Assembly (NCBI RefSeq): GCF_000281045.1
Contig: NW_008246074.1
Span: 581,588 to 645,587 of the forward strand
Origin: Saprolegnia diclina VS20
Lineage: Eukaryota
Length of the DNA: 64,000 nucleotides
Direction of reading: 5' to 3'
The notes under the pieces are model-generated. The model did not search any database. It saw nothing but the letters and a program-made list of their open reading frames with translations, and was not told the origin of the DNA. The position numbers and the translations under genes were made by a program. How positions within the stretch are numbered: the first letter of the stretch is position 1; each line of letters begins with the position of its first letter. This document shows positions 36,483 through 48,809 of the stretch, piece after piece.

Positions 36483-36627
36483 AATGAACTTCGCTTGAAA
36501 TTGAATTGTTCGAGCTGGCGATTTGTATTCAACTGGCGAATGTCGAAATCAAATTCTTGCCCCACGACGCAACGGGTTTACCTTGCAACCAACCAAAGGA
36601 GTGTTGTCGTAAACTTGCGAGCAAGAG

Positions 36628-38133
36628 TTAATGGATGGCTTCCACGGAGATCAGCGCCATAAGAGCGACTATACCGGCGTTGAGCATCAACGTCACTGCA
36701 CTACTCGCGGTGGTTTTGCTTCCTTCCTTGGTCCCTGGACTCACGGACGATGGTGTTGACGTCGCATTGCCCACTGACATCGTCGAGTGCGGCGTCACGG
36801 GCACGACGAGTGGCTTCCCAACAGGTGTCGGGTTCGTCAGTGTCTTCTTGAGAAATTCAGCCTTGTCCATTTGTGCCCACGGCGCGGGCTGGGACGCCAT
36901 GCCGCCCGGCGAGTCCGTCGCAGCTTGGCCCCAGACCCAAGAGAGCTTTTCTGCCGTCGCAGTGAGGTAGCCATAACCGTAGTTGTTGATGTTCGTCACG
37001 ACGCTGAAGACGCTCGTGTCGAGCTCCACCTTGGCCGTCGGGCGAATAAACTCGTTGTTGCCGGCGGCGCCCGAGATGATCCAGGGCGGAAAGCTGTACC
37101 TGCCAATCTTGCTCGGCTTGATGTTGTAGTACGCGTGCTCGTGGCCTGTGAGCATGAGGTCGACGGCGTACTTGTCGAAGAGCGGCACAAGGTCCATAGC
37201 AAACTTGTTCGTGCCCGTCGAAGCCGATGTTGGAATGTGGTTGGGCGGGCGGTGACCGCAAACGACGACGAACGGCGTCACCTCGCGCTTGACGCGGCTG
37301 AGGTCGTACTCGAGCCAGTTCTTCTGGTCCGTCTGCATCTGGACTCGCGCTAAGTCGTTCGCAACCCACTTGGAGCCGTCTTGGGTTGGCGCCATGAAGG
37401 CTTCGTCGCCGTAGACCTCCGTGTTGAGAAACACAAAGTGGACGTACCCCGCGTTGAAGCTGTAAAACGTGTTGGAGCCCGACCCGCAGGCTTCACCGGC
37501 ACCGACGAGGAGCCCCTTGAATCGATTCACGTAGTTTTGCATCGCGCCCTGGGCTGCATACTGCATCTCGTGGTTGCCGATTGTCGTGTGCATCGGCACG
37601 GCCGACGTGAGCGGCTCGAGCTGCTGCATGTACGCAGCGCCGTTCGAGCCCACGAGCTCGTAGCCAAGGTCGCCAATGTTGAGGATTCCGTGGAACGCGT
37701 TGGCGCTGAGGCCGCTCTTGAGCGCTGGGAGCGTGATACCCGAGGCCTTCCCCAGTACCGTCGCGCCCATGTCGCCAAACACCGCCCACGTCATCGCGTT
37801 TGCGGGTGTCGCTGTGAACATCTTGACGGATGACCCGGTGGCAGCTAGATCGTAGTAGACCGTAGCACCCGCCTTAATACCGGAGAGACGCGCCGTCCAG
37901 CACGCGACGTTGAGATCGCTTGACTCGGCAACACTGCCGGCGGCGACACCCACTGCCTTCTGGGTCAAACTCGAACTGGCGCCGCCGTAGTAGATGGTAG
38001 AGGCCGTGGCGTCGGCGGCCGTGACCCAGTCCAGCATGTAGTCGCCAGAGCCATCGCCGACGAGACTGAGGTGAAACTCGTTGGACGTGAGCGCACTCGT
38101 GACGTACAGCAGCGCGAACGCAGCCAGACGCAT
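36628..38133 (-). CDS. Secreted purple acid phosphatase (ACP7-like), probable GPI or membrane anchor
   Basis: Signal peptide; GDMG, GDLGY, GNHE, GHRP, GHEH metal-binding motifs; S/T-rich stalk and hydrophobic C-terminus. Confidence 0.9.
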   Translation of the reverse strand: MRLAAFALLYVTSALTSNEFHLSLVGDGSGDYMLDWVTAADATASTIYYGGASSSLTQKAVGVAAGSVAESSDLNVACWTARLSGIKAGATVYYDLAATGSSVKMFTATPANAMTWAVFGDMGATVLGKASGITLPALKSGLSANAFHGILNIGDLGYELVGSNGAAYMQQLEPLTSAVPMHTTIGNHEMQYAAQGAMQNYVNRFKGLLVGAGEACGSGSNTFYSFNAGYVHFVFLNTEVYGDEAFMAPTQDGSKWVANDLARVQMQTDQKNWLEYDLSRVKREVTPFVVVCGHRPPNHIPTSASTGTNKFAMDLVPLFDKYAVDLMLTGHEHAYYNIKPSKIGRYSFPPWIISGAAGNNEFIRPTAKVELDTSVFSVVTNINNYGYGYLTATAEKLSWVWGQAATDSPGGMASQPAPWAQMDKAEFLKKTLTNPTPVGKPLVVPVTPHSTMSVGNATSTPSSVSPGTKEGSKTTASSAVTLMLNAGIVALMALISVEAIH

Positions 38134-38373
38134 GGCAACGACAATCGGACAATGGCTGCAACTCATAGGTGCGTCTGCGAAGCGATCTGATTGGATGATG
38201 GGAGCGTTGCTCACGCGTAGAGCTGGCGCCCATTGGTGGGAGCGTTTAACGCGTTTTGCAGGGGCGAATTCAACGATCGCAACTGAGATGCCTGCATTTT
38301 ACGGTACTACCATACCATTACACTAAACTCTATTGGAAGCTGTGAGCTTACCCAACATCACAGCAACCTAAGT

Positions 38374-38407
38374 CAAGGGTCAATAAATAGCTGTTTATTG
38401 ACCATTG
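38374..38407. mobile_element. 34-bp palindromic transposon footprint / micro-MITE with 7-bp target-site duplication
   Basis: CAAGGGTCAATAAATAG|CTGTTTATTGACCATTG flanked directly by CCTAAGT (38367-38373 and 38408-38414). Confidence 0.7.
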
Positions 38408-38781
38408 CCTAAGTGCAACATCATACTAGCCATGATCTGGGCAAAACGATCCGTGCGAGACTATCGACGGCAGCAGATGTTGGAACGACTTTAACCCTGG
38501 CTTTAACCTAGTTGTACTTGTCCTCAAACGGCAGTCGATGCTGCGGATCTGGTAACCACGTCCGCTGAGCAAATTCCGAGCCAGGTTTCGACTTCGAGCA
38601 CGTGGAGCTGACACAGCTTCCTGGCACATGTGGCGCCAAAACCAACACGATACCCGAGCCGCAAAAGCAAAGGTGTCATTTCCGCCTTAAGTTACGAGGC
38701 GCTCTGGTTGGGTTTGCCTGGCGCGAAGGGTACACACTACAACACTAAACATCGTCCTCTTGATAATACGTGGGTAGTACT

Positions 38782-41671
38782 CTAATCCAGGCGGTGGTGC
38801 ACAAAGAGGTGGTTGTGCGCGCCGAGACTCATGCACTTGAGGAACGCCGTTTGGATCGCAGTGCAGAGCGTCGGGTCGTCCCGCACCATGTTGGTCATGC
38901 GCTCGCGGGTGATTTCGTAAATGACAGAGTTGGCCACGGCCTGGCACGTGTACGAGCGCGGCTGGTGCAGGTAGTAGTCGACTTCGCCGACGAGCGACCC
39001 ATGGCTCACCTTGACAATGCGGTCCAGGGCGTGGTCCGGTCGGAAAATCTCAAGCTCACCAGAGACGACGACAAAGACGCTCTCGGCTTCGTCGCCCTCG
39101 GCAAACACAATCGATCGGCCATCGACGTCCCGGCGCTCAAAGTACAGCGAGACCTTCTCGAGCGAAATCGCCACGTCCCACGCATCCAGCGCGTCCTGGA
39201 AGACCGAGTGGATCGAAGGCGTTGGCGACGTGAGGCGGGCCATTTGGTGCGGCTTCTGGAACAAATTGTGCGACTGCGACTGCGAGATGGGCGTCGCGGG
39301 CGGTCGCTCGTTGAGGAGGACGTTCTCAAACACTTCGAGTCCGGCGTCGGCGGACGCGTAGATGTGAATGTCGCTGGTCGAGTCGTCGTCGTCGTCGAGG
39401 ACCCCGTTCATCTGGAGCTGGCGCTCAATCTCGGGCGAGAGGCGGGCAAAGGCGAGCGCAATGTTGTGCCGAGCTAGCAGCGACTTCATCGCTGTAAAGC
39501 AGCTCCGCGACGCAGTAGCGTCGATGCCTGACACGTGGGAAAAGTCCAAAAGCAAAAAGCGCGTCGGCAACATCGTCATCTCGGCCTCTTCGTCGATCGC
39601 CGACTTGACGCCACTGCGCTCTTCAAACGCCTTAAGCGTGCACACTTTGAGCGGGTGCGACACGCTGCTTTGCGTCGCGGCTTCCATGAGCAGGAGCGGC
39701 GTCGCCTCGGTCGCCTTGGCGTGCGCCACGTAAATGCTCTTCTTGATGACCTCCATGAGGCGAATGCTCGAGCCAAAGAAGAAGTAGCCGTGGAGCTCGA
39801 GGGTCACAATCTGACCCTGGTGCGCGCGGAGAAACTGGCGCTCTTGGTAGCTGCGCTGGACACGGCTCCGGCTGAGCGTCTAGACCGTCGATGGTTAGTA
39901 TCAAAGCGTGTTGCTGGTAGTCTACCTTGACGACGGAAACACCCTCTGCGTAGCTGAAGACAAAGTTGGTCATGGCGCAGATAAGACCCAGAATCATGCC
40001 TTGCTCCAGCCCAAAGAGGTTGATCAAGACAAACGTTGCGAGCACGAGGAGGTATTCACGGAAGCGGAGCTTGGACGACGCGTGCACCAGCCATTCCTAC
40101 AGAATATATGTCAACGCGTTGGTTGACGCTATCGTGGATTTGTGTACCATCATGAGATCGATCGCAATCAAGGTGAGGAGGCCGCCAAAGAAGACTAGGC
40201 ATTGAGTGAGCACTATTCAACACCGCAGGAATTGAGGTCGTACACTTGGGAATATAGGCCGTGAGCGGAATGGGCAGCACGAAGATTAGCAGCTCGGCGC
40301 TGAGCACAACGATGCCGGGAATGCGGCTGTTGGTGTTGCTCTTGAGCGTAAAGATCGTCTGCGAAAAGATGTACGACCCCGTGAAGCCGCCAAAGAGACC
40401 CGAGACCGTGTTGGACCAGCCAACAGTCTTGAGCTCGTGGTTGTAGTCGAGGTCCGTGCCCATGTTCATCTCAATCGCCGCCACGTCCAAGCTCGACGAG
40501 AACGCAACGACAAAGTACATGCCCAGCCACGTGAAAAACTGGGGCGGAATCGCGCGCCATTGGACGAGCGAAAAGTCAAAGAGGTCAAAGACTTCGAGCG
40601 GCGTGGCCGTGACAGCAGGCGGGTACGAGACCCAGCCGCCGGCGCGGACGTCGTCGAACGAGAGGCCCGTAACGGAGAGGAATGTGTAAAAGCCAAGCAG
40701 GACGGACGTGAGCGTGAGCGGCATCACGAGGAAGTGCTGCAGCTTGGACGAAAGAATGAAGAGGGCAGCGCCACAGAGCAATCCTGGAAGAATGTGGATC
40801 GCCGAGTCGTAGTTGAAGAGCTGTGGCCACTCCATGATGTTCTTGACCTCCTTGTTTGCCATGAGGCCGAGGCCGGCTTCCATGCAAAAGAAACCAATGT
40901 ACGAGAGGTACCCTACAAAGACACGTGCGTTTAGACACCAAAGTTCAAGGTCGGACGAACCGCCAATCACGGGCATCGGCAAGTATTGGACCAAGCTCGC
41001 CAGTTTGTACTATAAATGTGCATTTCAAAATGCACTCTGGGAGGCAGTGGAGTACCTTGCCCGTCATGATGAGGGCGACACCCATGAGCGCCGTGGCCGA
41101 GCTAAGAGTCACAAGCGTCGTAGCGATGACGGCCTCGGGCGGCAGCGTCGGGTCGTCGGCCAAGATCGAGACGACAGAAGACGCCATTGCCGAAAGGAAG
41201 ATTAGACCTAAATGCACTCGTTTTGTCCAATTTGCAAAGAGTATGGACGCGTACCGGCATCTTGAACTTGGCCAATCGCAAACGGAAGAGAACTCAGTGA
41301 CGTAAACATAATCTGGTGCACGGCGCTCGAGAGACCCACGAGCTTGACGAGCGTGGGCATGAATGGCGAGAAGAAGGGATTGCTGAAGATGATGGCCGTG
41401 AAACTCTACACGCTTGTGAGCTCCCAGGTGCTGGAGTGGAATATTGACGCACCATGCACACGGGCACGACGAGCGCGGCGTTGATGAGGCCGTACATGAA
41501 GGCCTTGAACGTGTTTTGGTTGTCGGGCGCGGCGACAGCGACAACGACCATGTCGTCTTCCTCGACGTACGAGGCGTTGGGCAGCTGGACGGCCGAGACG
41601 CGAGACGCGCGCGTGAGGCGGCTAAGGCTCTTGGGCGTGTTGCACACGCTGCCCATGCTGTTGGTGGCCAT
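38782..41671 (-). CDS. SLC26/SulP transporter with STAS and cNMP-binding domains (Vsb1/YGR125W-like), multi-exon
   Basis: IGQVQDAG, LPMPVIGG, FSSSLDVAAIE, GFTGSYIFSQT, ELHGYFFFGS, DFSHVSGIDAT, C-terminal cNMP domain GSLVGE. Confidence 0.9.
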
Positions 41672-43662
41672 GGTAGCAACTGCGCGCGGGACTCGCAAAG
41701 GCAAACTGAGCATCTATCCCAGCAAGCACCGAAGTTCGAAGGAGAGCGGCCGCTGGTCAGTGCGCCGATCTTTCGAGCTCTTGGGATTACCAATAAACTT
41801 CGATTTTATCTTCGGTATCCACTTATCCGGTGCTGTGATTGGGTGCTCGGAGAGGCCGCGCGTGTCTGGGTCCACCTTGGACTTCTCGAACGTCGCCCGC
41901 ATGACAAGTCGCCCACGATTACAAGTGGCTCTGATCTGCGATAGGTCACGTCCGGGTATATCTGCCGACCGCCCCGAGTCTTTCTACCCATTGAATGCTG
42001 CAATTGGCTGGAGAGAAGAGGCTCCAGACGTCACGCCGGTCGCGAGTGAGGGCGCCTGTCACGTGAGCGATTACAAGTACGCCCGTCGCGTGCTTTTGTA
42101 GCACGTTGAAGTTGTGTGTCTTTCCGCCCGATCTTTCGTCGACGCCGTCGCGCCGAGTACTGTGTCGCCTCGTAGTACCATGTAGTAGAGTGTCGAGCGG
42201 ACACCCATCGCGCCTCCAAGTGCGTCGTCGGTATAAAGAACACGCAACTGCAATCTGATGATGCATACCCTCATCACGGAAGCAGCAATGCGGCACCTGC
42301 GACCTGGCAGCGAAACTGCAAGCGCTTGCTGAGCCCGATCTTTTCACCGACGAAAGGATTGCGTCGTCAAATGGGTGCACAATAATGTCCAATAACGTTA
42401 GTGTTGGATCGTACGTTTAGCAGGACCTGGAGAACCTCTTCTTCCTGTCTTCCAAACGACAACGCCGGCATCATTCACGCAAGGCCGATTTGCGGGGCTG
42501 GACGATGCGAGGACCTTAATCCGCGTGCGTAGAAGGCCGCTCGTACTACAGCTGACCTAGGTGCTTTGCAAAAGACGGGTCCCGTACGATGGGACACGTT
42601 GGGATGGTCGATAAAACCGGTTCGTTTACAAGCAAAGATACGCATCGAGTGGTCACAAATCGATCCCGGTACAAAACCTACTGGTGTGCTCACAGTAGCG
42701 CAACTGGTTTTATATTCTACCGTTTTCTCAGTGCGGTGCTATCCAACGCACGTGCAGTGACTCTGTTCGGGACGGTGCTTGACACCAACCCCCGATGGAG
42801 CGCTTCGTTCAAGTCGCTGACGGCGTCCGCAGACCCACCCGTTCGTTGGCGAGCTATCACGCAGCTGCGCGTCGAGTAAGTTGCACCAAAATCAAGCTCG
42901 CGTTATGTGGGCTTAAACTCGAAGTGAGGATGATGATTCAGTTGTCTTCGCCGCCGTTTTCGAGAGTTACAAAGTGGTGATGTGCTGGCTGATGCGGTTT
43001 GGGGTCTCGGTTCTTCCCTGTACTTGTATTTTGGGCTCCCTAGTCTGCATCGAGTCGTCGCGTCGTTCTGGGTCTGACAACGGCCAGCAATTTCGGGAAA
43101 TTTTAACGCTTTTAACCGCCAAACAAATGCGCAGTGGAAACACTCCGCGTTGCGTTTACAACCAGATGGACTATACTATATTGACCCTCTTCTGGTGTAT
43201 CAACCTGGTATCAAGTTTTCGATTTGCCGACTCATATGCAGTTCTCACGCTTGTAGGCGCCTTTTGCTAGCAATTCGAAGGCGTGCTGTGACGCGTGCTC
43301 TAGACAGAAGGAGGTATTTTCACTGAAGTGTTCACTCGAGGTAGCGAAAGGCTCATATGGGAGTTGCTAAGCCGGCAGCCTAGTTTTGAAGCGTTTGTAC
43401 CGATACCTTGCCTCATTTCGAGTCGACCTTTGTCTGATGAAGCCACTACATACGAGTACGAGTTGACAACGAACTGCACGTCATAGGCGGATCGAACGAT
43501 GAAAGGCTCGGTCGAGGAGCTCGATACAGGATGCGCCATAGACTTCAGTGATGTAGCACCCCGAGCGTGGATGTGGCACACTTCGCCCGGACCACCCAGT
43601 GATGGCGCCGCCGAACATCATTTATCATTTGAATTATATTATTAAAAGGGCATTTCCAAAAA

Positions 43663-44228
43663 ATGGCAAACGTCGAGAAGGACATATTGCGCGACGGCCC
43701 GCTTCGGTACCTCGGGTACGCCAACGAGCTCGGCGAGTCGTTCCGGCCCGTCTTCCCAGCTTTCGTCGCCCCTTCCTACGCCGTGGCCTTCGCCTATGTC
43801 GCAGCTGACACGTACGACAAGGCGACCAAGGCCGGGGCCAGCGCACCACCATCGGCCAAGTCGGCGCACATGGCCGCGGCCGCCGGCGACACGCTCCTGT
43901 GGCAGACCATGGTGGGCCACCTTACTTCATCAGACACGTGTAATATCGTGTTGTAGGCGAGCGTCGTGATTCCTGGCTTCACGATCAACCGCGTCGTACG
44001 TGGCCGCCGATGAAACTCAAGCCTCAAGCATCGTGGTAGGTTGCGCTCTCCAAGGCTGCGGTGACGTCGTCTGTGAAGAACCCAGCTCTCGTGCGCTGGC
44101 TCCCGACGTGCATCGGCCTTGGCGCAATCCCGCTGATCATTCACCCCATCGACGCGCTCGTCGACTTCAGTATGGACAACTCGACCCGCTTGTGGTCGAC
44201 CAAGTACCTCGAGGGCAAGAACAACTAA
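43663..44228 (+). CDS. MTFP1: Mitochondrial fission process protein 1 (MTP18), 3 exons
   Basis: RDGPLRYLGYANELGESFR, DTLLWQ..ASVVIPGFTINR, GLGAIPLIIHPID. Confidence 0.93.
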
Positions 44229-44339
44229 CTAAACCTAATTTTGCGTCGTACGACTACGCCGAGTAGCCGATTCCCCATATTTTGGATTCAGACACGAAAT
44301 GATTCAACTCTTGTTCCAGGTACTTGATGATATGACTGC

Positions 44340-46017
44340 TTAGCGACGGGCCATGACGGCTTCGACATCGGCGACCGTGCGCGGGACCAAGTGCGACATG
44401 TTCTCGGCGCCCGTGGCCGTCACGATGACGTCCGATTCGATACGGACGCCGCCCGTCTTGCGGAAACGCGCGAGCATCTTCTGGTTGATGAACTTTGCCG
44501 TCTCGGGTGACGAGAGCACTTCTTCGATCTGGCCTTCGATAAAGTAGCAGCCCGGCTCGACCGTGATGACCATGTTCTCCTCGAGCTTGCGGCCGGCACG
44601 GAGCTTGCGGAGCATGCGCGTGTCGGTGCGGGTCGTGCCCGGGAGGTAGCCGCCAACGTCGTGCACCTACAAGACGCAAGCATTTAGCGGTGCTGCATTC
44701 TCGTACTCACGTACGTCCAGGCCCATGAGGTGGCCAAGGCCGTGCGGGTAAAAGTACGCGCTGATCTCAGCGGCCATGAGCTCGTCGACCGTGCCGTTCT
44801 GGAAGAGGCCGCCTTCGAGGAGGTGCTGCGTGAGCACGCGCTGCGAGAGCAAGTGCATCTCAGTCCACTCGACGCCCGGCTTCATGGCTGCGATGACCGC
44901 GTCATGCGCCTTCAAGACACCTATCGCCTTGGCCTCAGCGTTTTCACATAGTCGACAAGGTACCTTCGTAAATGAACTTTTGGTCGGCCGTAAACACGCC
45001 GTTGACCGGGAACGTGACGGTAATGTCCGACGCGTACCCGTGGTACTCGGCGCCCATGTCGTTGAGGAAGAGGTCGCCGTCGTCGAGGACCTTGTCGTTC
45101 GGCGCGCCAGCGTGGCCGTAGTGCAGCGCCGAGCCGTTGTGGCCGCTGCCGCAGATGCACGTGTACGCGTGGAAGCGCGCGCCGCCCTGCGCGTAGCACG
45201 CGTGGAGAAAGTTGGCTTCGGCGTGGAACTCGACCATGCCGGGCTCGATCGTCTCGAGCACCTTGATGTGCGCATTGGAGCTGAGGCGGTTCACCCAACG
45301 AAGGAGGTCGAGCTCCTTCGGCGACTTGGTCACGCGGCACTCGACGAGATGCGGGTGCAGCGTCTCGAGGTCCGTCGTGAAGGCGTCGATACCGTCAAAC
45401 GTCGACGTCGTCGTCGTCGTCACGCCGCTGTCGAGGTTGACACCCTGCAGCAAATAGAGGTGCGCGACCTGGCGCGCCTTGAGCACGGAAACAATCTCGT
45501 CCGTGAAGTGCACGTGGTCGACGCCGTAGAACGACTGGAACCACGAGAGCGGCTTGCGGTCGCCGCACCAAAGCGCCCACTCGGCCGAGAGACGCGGCAC
45601 AAAGAGGATCGACTCGTTCGTCGCGAGGTCGATCGCACCCGCGCAGTCGGGCTCCTTGACGCCAAAGAGGTACTGGAACATGCTCTCCTGCTTGAACGGA
45701 ATGTCCGTGTCCGTGTCGTACTCGCCGATCTGGGTGCCGCCGTGGAGAAGAATGGCCGACTGCGGCGACGCAAGGGCGCGCATGCGCGCAGCGAGCTTCT
45801 CGCGGTGGTCGTGGTGCATGGTATAGTCGATCTCGTACGTCTCGTACTGATAGCTCGACTTCTTGCACGTGTGCAAGGTCGCGCGCGGGTCCAGCGTCAC
45901 GCGCTGGCGCTGGCAGCTGTGGCGCTTCGACGCGAGGTACTGCTTCTGGAGAAGGTGGAGGCCACCGAGGGCGGCGACGGTCGCCGTCGCGATCGTGATG
46001 GGGCAGGCCTTGGTCAT
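44340..46017 (-). CDS. PEPD: Xaa-Pro dipeptidase (prolidase, M24B), 3 exons
   Basis: FKQESMFQYLFG, LHYGH, DMGAEYHGYASDIT, PHGLGHLMGLDVHDVGG, TVEPGCYF, GGVRIE. Confidence 0.95.
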
Positions 46018-46427
46018 GCTCGGAATTTCGGAAATGGCACAAAAGAGCAAAATTGAACCGCAACTAGGTCTACCGTGTATTTGCATTTTTTAAGCTACGC
46101 TTACGTATTGGCATACAAATAACAACATCCAAATATGCAAATACATAGCTGACCTCCGAAGCTCGCTGATGACACATGAACCCTAACCCCATGCGACATC
46201 AGAGCCACGGTAGCTTGTGTCGTTTTTATTATTACCTAGATATATGTATGCTGCGTGCTGACTGAGAATAAAAACGCCTGTGCCGTGCTAAACCGATCTA
46301 TCTTTGGCATGTGCCACATCCAATCGACTTTAATTCGGCATTGAGGCAAGTGTTCGAGTTCGGCACAGCGACTCTTCATGCTTACTACTGTAGAGTAGTT
46401 GGAACGTCTCGACACGCAGAAACAAAG

Positions 46428-48558
46428 CTAGGGCTTGAGCGCAGGGTCCTGCCACCACCACGTCTTGACCGTGCCGTCGTGCGAGCAGGACGCCATGAGC
46501 GCCTGACGCTCGTGCCACTAGACAACCTCCTGCTTAAAACACTCGACAGCGCTGCTCTACGTACCCGTGCGCTGTATGTGACGCCAGTGTGCCCGAGAAG
46601 GCGCTCCAGAAGCTTTCCCGTCGCAACGTCCCAGACGTACACAGCGCCATCTTCCGAGCCGCTATTGAAACATGAGTTGCCACGCGATGGAATAGCCAAT
46701 GCTACCCCAAGACAAAGTCCTCTCGAGGCCCAAAGGACGCCCGCACTACGTTCTTGGCCGTGTTTTGGTGGCCCTTGAAGCGCTGCAGCGGCCGCTGCTC
46801 GTTGTTCGCGGTCGTCGGCGCCATAGAGGTGGATGGACGGTGCGTCGGCGTGTCTTTCGTGAGCGTTGTCCGCGGCATCGTGAGCATGCGCATGTCCCAG
46901 AGGCGGTTGCTGTTGTTGCGCGAACCCGTGAGGAGAAAGAGGCCGTTGGACGAGAGCGACACGGACGTCACTTCGCCGAGCGTTTGCCGCAGCGTGTGCA
47001 CGCAGAGGCCGCTCAAGATATCCCAAAAGCGCACCTACGCACTCGTTGACGATCTCGCCGCACAGAAGCGCGACGCACCGTGCCGTCTTTGGAGCCGCTC
47101 ACAATCAAGTTGGCGTGCCGGTTGAACTGCGCGTCGCACACCGAGGCCGAGTGGCCCGAGAAGCTCTACGCGTGTGTGACAAGCTATGATTGCTTCCGAG
47201 GTGTACCTTGACCATGGCGCCAGTCTGGATGTCAAAGAGGCGCACTGACTGATCGTAGCCGCCCGTCACCAAGTGGGTCTCGTTCGGGTGGATGTTGACC
47301 TACCCGCGACTCGCCCTACGCGCTACGGCAAGAGAGTTTGTACCGTGTACACGTCGCCAACGTGGCCCGTGAGCGTCGAGACGCAGTCCGAGTGCGACGC
47401 CAGCAGCGCCGACGGCTCCGTCTCGCTCGCGAGGTTGGCCGTCGCGTTCTTGAGACTCCAAATCTTGACCGTGCCATCGCCCGAGGCCGAGTAGAGCGTG
47501 TCGCCGGCGTTGTTGCCGCAGAGGTACCAGATGCGCGATGAGTGTCCGTGGAGGTCCCACGACACCTGTCCATTCTAAAACGAGGTCGTCGGACGGTCCA
47601 ATGCATACCTTGTTGATTGTCGGGTCCTCGGTCGTCGACGGCTCGGTGGACCAGAGCTTGATGACGTTGTCGCTCGCCCCCGATGCGATAAAAGCACCTT
47701 CGCGCCCAACAAACGTGACGCACTGCGCATTACTTTCTCATGAGCTTTGATGAAGCCTTGGGAGCGATGTACCTTGACGTTCTGCGTGTGGCCTTCGAAC
47801 GTCGTCTTGACCGCGTTCGGAAGTACTTGGCACTCAAAGTCACGCAGCAGCGTCGAGACCTTTGGGATCGTTTTCGGGTGGTACCGGCTGAACTCCATTT
47901 GGTACGCGACGCTTTGGCGCAAGAGGTGCACGAGGCGGTGCTCCGGAATGTTGGCATATTGGTCGGACGGCACGGCGTCCATCTCGAACGTGGCTTTGAG
48001 CTGCTCCGCGAGCTTCTCGCGCGACTTGACAACGCCTTCCCAGTCACGGAACGAGTCGACTTCATTGATCGACTTGCACGTCAATAGGTAGCAGAGGTCT
48101 TTGAACTCGACCTTGCCACTGATCTTCTCCATGGGCTTGAGGTGCGTCGTCAGGTACGTGAACGCCTTCTGGTACTCTTGCCGGTCGATGAGCTCGAGGT
48201 ACTCTTGCTTGCAGACGGCGTAGAGGAAGCCGAGACCCTGCTGCGAGTGGATTTTGATCTTGCGGAAGCTCGCGTTCTTGTGGATCATTTTCGCCACGAG
48301 GTCCCAGTCGCCGTCCTTGATGCCCTTGCTGATCTTGCGGATCGCATCGCGCTCTTGGTTGCGCTCGAGGAGCTTGACATTGGTCTCGTCGAGAATCGTC
48401 GCCGACGCGCTCGTGTAGCCTTCGCTCTGGAGGTACTGCACGATGAGCCGCAGGATGTCGTCCTTGATCTCGGGCGATTCGGCGTCGAAGGTTGACTCGG
48501 GCGGGATCGACGTCACGTGCTTGTCCACGAGCTTGAACGTCGCCTCCGCGTCGGCCAT
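46428..48558 (-). CDS. LisH/CTLH + WD40 repeat protein, multi-exon
   Basis: ILRLIVQYLQSEGY (LisH), CTLH helices, IPEHRLVHLLRQ, multiple GH...WD repeats. Confidence 0.85.
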
Positions 48559-48809
48559 GCTGCGTCCTCCTCAAAACACCAATATGAATAAAATTCCGCC
48601 ACCTGGCAGACGCCACGGCCATTGGCCAAAACGGCAATAAAATTGGACCAATCCTGGCGCTAGATTGCGTATCCAATCTGACCATCGACACAGCGTGTGG
48701 AGTCTAGTCCGTGTGAGTTACATAGCTTCTCGTTTTTAGGTCGGTTTGATCCATGTATATAGCCCGTTGTTTTATAACTCGATGCAAAAGAACATGTTGA
48801 ACGTTCCTC

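Noticed and set aside
11604..38133. Phosphate regulon cluster (SPX transporter + acid phosphatase)
   Set aside because: More than 20 kb apart with unrelated genes between; no evidence of functional clustering
41700..43600. 1.9-kb intergenic region as a possible hidden gene or ncRNA
   Set aside because: Only short unconvincing ORFs; no tRNA or snRNA signature recognised
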